Part shown: positions 61,806 to 64,000 of the stretch, one piece after another
How the letters are laid out: each line of letters opens with the position of its first letter
How positions within the stretch are numbered: position 1 is the first letter of the stretch
Assembly (NCBI GenBank): GCA_963674755.2
Contig: CAXXVS010000003.1
Coordinates: 96,001-160,000 of the forward strand
DNA: 64,000 nucleotides
Direction of reading: 5' to 3'
Source of the DNA: Desulfobacterales bacterium
GTDB taxonomy: Bacteria > Desulfobacterota > Desulfobacteria > Desulfobacterales > UBA5852
The notes under the pieces: generated by a model
The model's database searches: none
Told to the model about the DNA's origin: nothing
The model's input: the letters and a program-made list of their open reading frames with translations, nothing else
Made by a program: the position numbers and the translations under genes

Positions 61806-62900
61806 CTAATCCTCCACCTCCGACCAACGATAGAACATCTTGAGCCCATTACCATGAGAATTAGGCAAACGCTTATCATGCTGCAATCGCCCAACGACAA
61901 TTCCTGGCGCTATTTTTATTTTCTTTGCAAAGGTCTTAATTGGGGCGAATGATCGCCCATCCCATGATTCAATAAATTTTCGGTAATCGGCTGGAGGAAT
62001 TAATCTATCCCTGGCGAAGGCATTGGCTTCTTCCTCTTTTTCACAATTCATACCGTTGCCTTCTATAAAAATTTCCTTGCGTCCATGCAGGAGTATATGC
62101 CCCGCCTCATGAAAAAATGTGAACCAAAGATGGTCATTGCTCTTATACCGGAGGCTCAACTGAATGACGGCCTTGTTGCCGAGCCAACGGGTTGCGCCAT
62201 AAACCCCGGTCTTTGACAACTCGGGGACAAAAACTACTGCTACACCAGCCGAAGCACAGACCTCTAACAATCTCCTTTGGAAAAGATGCGGCTTTTCGAT
62301 GGTCAGCCCTCGTATGTTGCCCAACGCCTCTTGAAATCGTTTATTATTAAATTGGTCACAAGATATTTTTCTTGCTTCGAGCTCACCCTGTCGAAGCCAG
62401 GCCGATACCGATTCAGCGCAGGCCTCAAAGCGTTGTGTCTGTCGATAAGCCACTTGGTGTTTTCGCCAAACTGTCACCCATTGATCAGGAGATGCCACCC
62501 CAAAAAAACGTAAAACTTCAGTCAGTTGAGATATCTTGTCTTTTTTTTTAGGAATCCACCCCAGTTTGGTCAGTTGACCAACGGGCACCTTTTTTAACCA
62601 GTCCAATTGGGAGGACAGTCTCTTTGCTTCGGCTAAACGGGAGCGATCTTCCTGGAACTGTCTCTCAAGGTTGTTCCAGAAATGCGCAGGACGGCCAAGC
62701 GAATGTTCAAATTTCAGCGCTGTATCTGGTGTTATAGGCGATTTCCCCTTGATGATTTCATTGATGGTTTTTTTTGCAAGTCCAGTCCTAGCAGCTAATT
62801 CGGCCTGGGTCATGCTGAAGGCTTCCAAATATTCCTCCAAAACCTCTCCTGGTAGAACCAAATAATCCGGATCATATTGCGTTGAGGTCTTATCAGCCAT
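61806..62900 (-). CDS. higA: HigA-type HTH antitoxin fused to ImmA/IrrE-like metallopeptidase
   Basis: PGEVLEEYLE..MTQAELA..INEIIKGK..FWNNL; FTFFHEAGH (HExxH). Confidence 0.88.
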   Translation of the reverse strand: MADKTSTQYDPDYLVLPGEVLEEYLEAFSMTQAELAARTGLAKKTINEIIKGKSPITPDTALKFEHSLGRPAHFWNNLERQFQEDRSRLAEAKRLSSQLDWLKKVPVGQLTKLGWIPKKKDKISQLTEVLRFFGVASPDQWVTVWRKHQVAYRQTQRFEACAESVSAWLRQGELEARKISCDQFNNKRFQEALGNIRGLTIEKPHLFQRRLLEVCASAGVAVVFVPELSKTGVYGATRWLGNKAVIQLSLRYKSNDHLWFTFFHEAGHILLHGRKEIFIEGNGMNCEKEEEANAFARDRLIPPADYRKFIESWDGRSFAPIKTFAKKIKIAPGIVVGRLQHDKRLPNSHGNGLKMFYRWSEVED

Positions 62901-63240
62901 GGGTGTCCTCCACTCCCAGTATTTTGATCGCAGTGACCTGGGACCAGTCTAATCCACCGTCATCAAGCTTTGGGACAGGATCATGATCGGGGGTGAAAAT
63001 TAGACGGTAGGGATGATCCAGATCCACGGATAGTTGACCAGACCTTTTCCCTTCAGTGAGCTCATGACAGCGGCCAGGCGGACTTTTAGGCGGCCAGAAA
63101 TCCTTCAAACTATTAGCCGCCCGCAATTCTGTCATGCGTATGCGTATCTTCTTAGCCCGCGAACTACCGTGAATTTTCACGAGTTGCGGCCCCTCGTTGA
63201 AGGATTTTGCAAGTTTCTTGTTCTTAAAGGATATATTCAT
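62893..63240 (-). CDS. higB: HigB/RelE-like toxin
   Basis: MNISFKNKKL, RCHELT..RSGQLSVDLDHPYRLIF, EDTH; upstream of and overlapping higA. Confidence 0.85.
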   Translation of the reverse strand: MNISFKNKKLAKSFNEGPQLVKIHGSSRAKKIRIRMTELRAANSLKDFWPPKSPPGRCHELTEGKRSGQLSVDLDHPYRLIFTPDHDPVPKLDDGGLDWSQVTAIKILGVEDTHG

Positions 63241-63262
63241 ATATCATATAGTCAAGAAGTTG

Positions 63263-63279
63263 TTAACCCATTAGGTTAA
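63263..63279. promoter_or_regulatory. putative HigA operator
   Basis: palindrome TTAACC-CATTA-GGTTAA about 22 nt upstream of the higB start. Confidence 0.6.
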
Positions 63280-63413
63280 TTATTTTTAAGATAACATGGT
63301 TGCGGTTTATAGAATGCAAATGTTCTGGAGCCTTGTGTGACTATAGAAAAGTGCGCAGGGGACGTACACAAACATGCGGGATGTTGGCCGGCTTTACTGC
63401 AGAAGATGATATC

Positions 63414-63611
63414 AGAAGCTATTCCAAAAAAGTCTTCTCGCCCGATCCGCCAGCGGCGGGCAAGTATCGGCGTTGATGCCTCGTCTCAAATCCTCGCCAT
63501 ACCTGAGTATGTACCCAAGGGTACTTCCTTCGGGCGCCTACGGATTGATTCTCAGCCTCGTCTTGATCTTGAACGAAAACCCTAATTCTTGGATGGCTTT
63601 TGGAAATTGCT
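63414..63611. repeat. MITE-like non-coding element
   Basis: imperfect terminal inverted repeats AGCTATTCCAAAAAG / CTTTTGGAAATTGCT; no credible ORF. Confidence 0.45.
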
Positions 63612-63690
63612 ACCATAATCGGAACGGCATGTAAAGCGCACGGTTTCGGATTTTCTGCATTATTGCGATGACTTACAATTATATTTTGTT

Positions 63691-63718
63691 CTGGATGCCC
63701 GCCTGCGCAGGCATGACG
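63691..63718. repeat. REP-like palindromic repeat unit
   Basis: CTGGATGCCCGCCTGCGCAGGCATGAC resembles the widespread GTCATTCCCGCGCAGGCGGGAATCCAG-type repeat. Confidence 0.6.
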
Positions 63719-63738
63719 GTGGAGGGTTGGCCTTCTCG

Positions 63739-63801
63739 AAATCGGGATCGAGCTTCGATTTATTTCGATTGCGATTTCGATCCCGATAGCGATCCCGATT
63801 T
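63739..63801. repeat. inverted array of CGATNN hexamers
   Basis: AAATCGGGATCG ... CGATTGCGATTTCGATCCCGATAGCGATCCCGATTT; 12-bp perfect terminal inverted repeat. Confidence 0.7.
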
Positions 63802-64000
63802 GTAGCGCCTATAACTGCATTCTAACCGCCGGAATTCGCTTTATGCTGCGTTTCGCATAATCTCCGCCTGCTTCTCATCCTCCTCCCCCGCGAACGAAAT
63901 ATTTTCGGAGGCGATCCGGATTGTCCGGAAGGGCGACCCTGCCGTACCGGGCGATCCAGCGCCCGTCATTCGGCTGGTGGCTTGCCATGGTTGATGGATC

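Larger units (their letters stand above)
40893..64000. mobile_element. mosaic accessory region / insertion hotspot downstream of uvrA
   Basis: abrupt compositional shifts, gene fragments, dispersed repeats, transposase and intron remnants, TA module; right boundary not in window. Confidence 0.65.

Noticed and set aside
1..64000. tRNA, rRNA, selenoprotein read-through, intact integrase or reverse transcriptase
   Set aside because: None recognised by eye; TGA stops fall at expected protein ends. tRNAscan and bSECISearch were not run.

Overview
Bacterial DNA, probably from an anaerobic sulfate-reducer-like deltaproteobacterium (Desulfobacterales-like; inferred from gene content only). The window has two parts. 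(1) 1 to ~40.9 kb is GC-rich core genome: iorAB, rdgB, GTP-dependent PEPCK, ampG, an FHA-GAF-degenerate cyclase, a cooC/deacetylase/acuB/prmA-like/sirtuin/RACo-like operon, acyl-CoA dehydrogenase-phasin-ABC1 kinase, a NifA-like activator, dnaJ-queD, pyrE, ftsEX-envC-ctpA-polysaccharide deacetylase, a ThDP enzyme, a J-domain protein and a double-length uvrA. (2) ~40.9 to 64 kb is a mosaic accessory region of unrelated 1-3 gene modules and gene fragments. It holds a YadA-type adhesin with 48-bp repeats, a PocR two-component cluster, Fic, HigBA, hydrolases, a group II intron 3' remnant and an internally deleted HUH/Y1 (RAYT-like) transposase. The most striking feature is six same-orientation copies of a dispersed repeat (up to ~150 bp, core TTGGCTTGGTCCGACCCG) between 53.1 and 61.2 kb. 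They sit at the module junctions, like the recombination sites of a cassette array, but with no integrase or canonical attC and beside a Y1 transposase remnant. No rRNA, tRNA or CRISPR array was seen. All alignments and composition statements are by eye.
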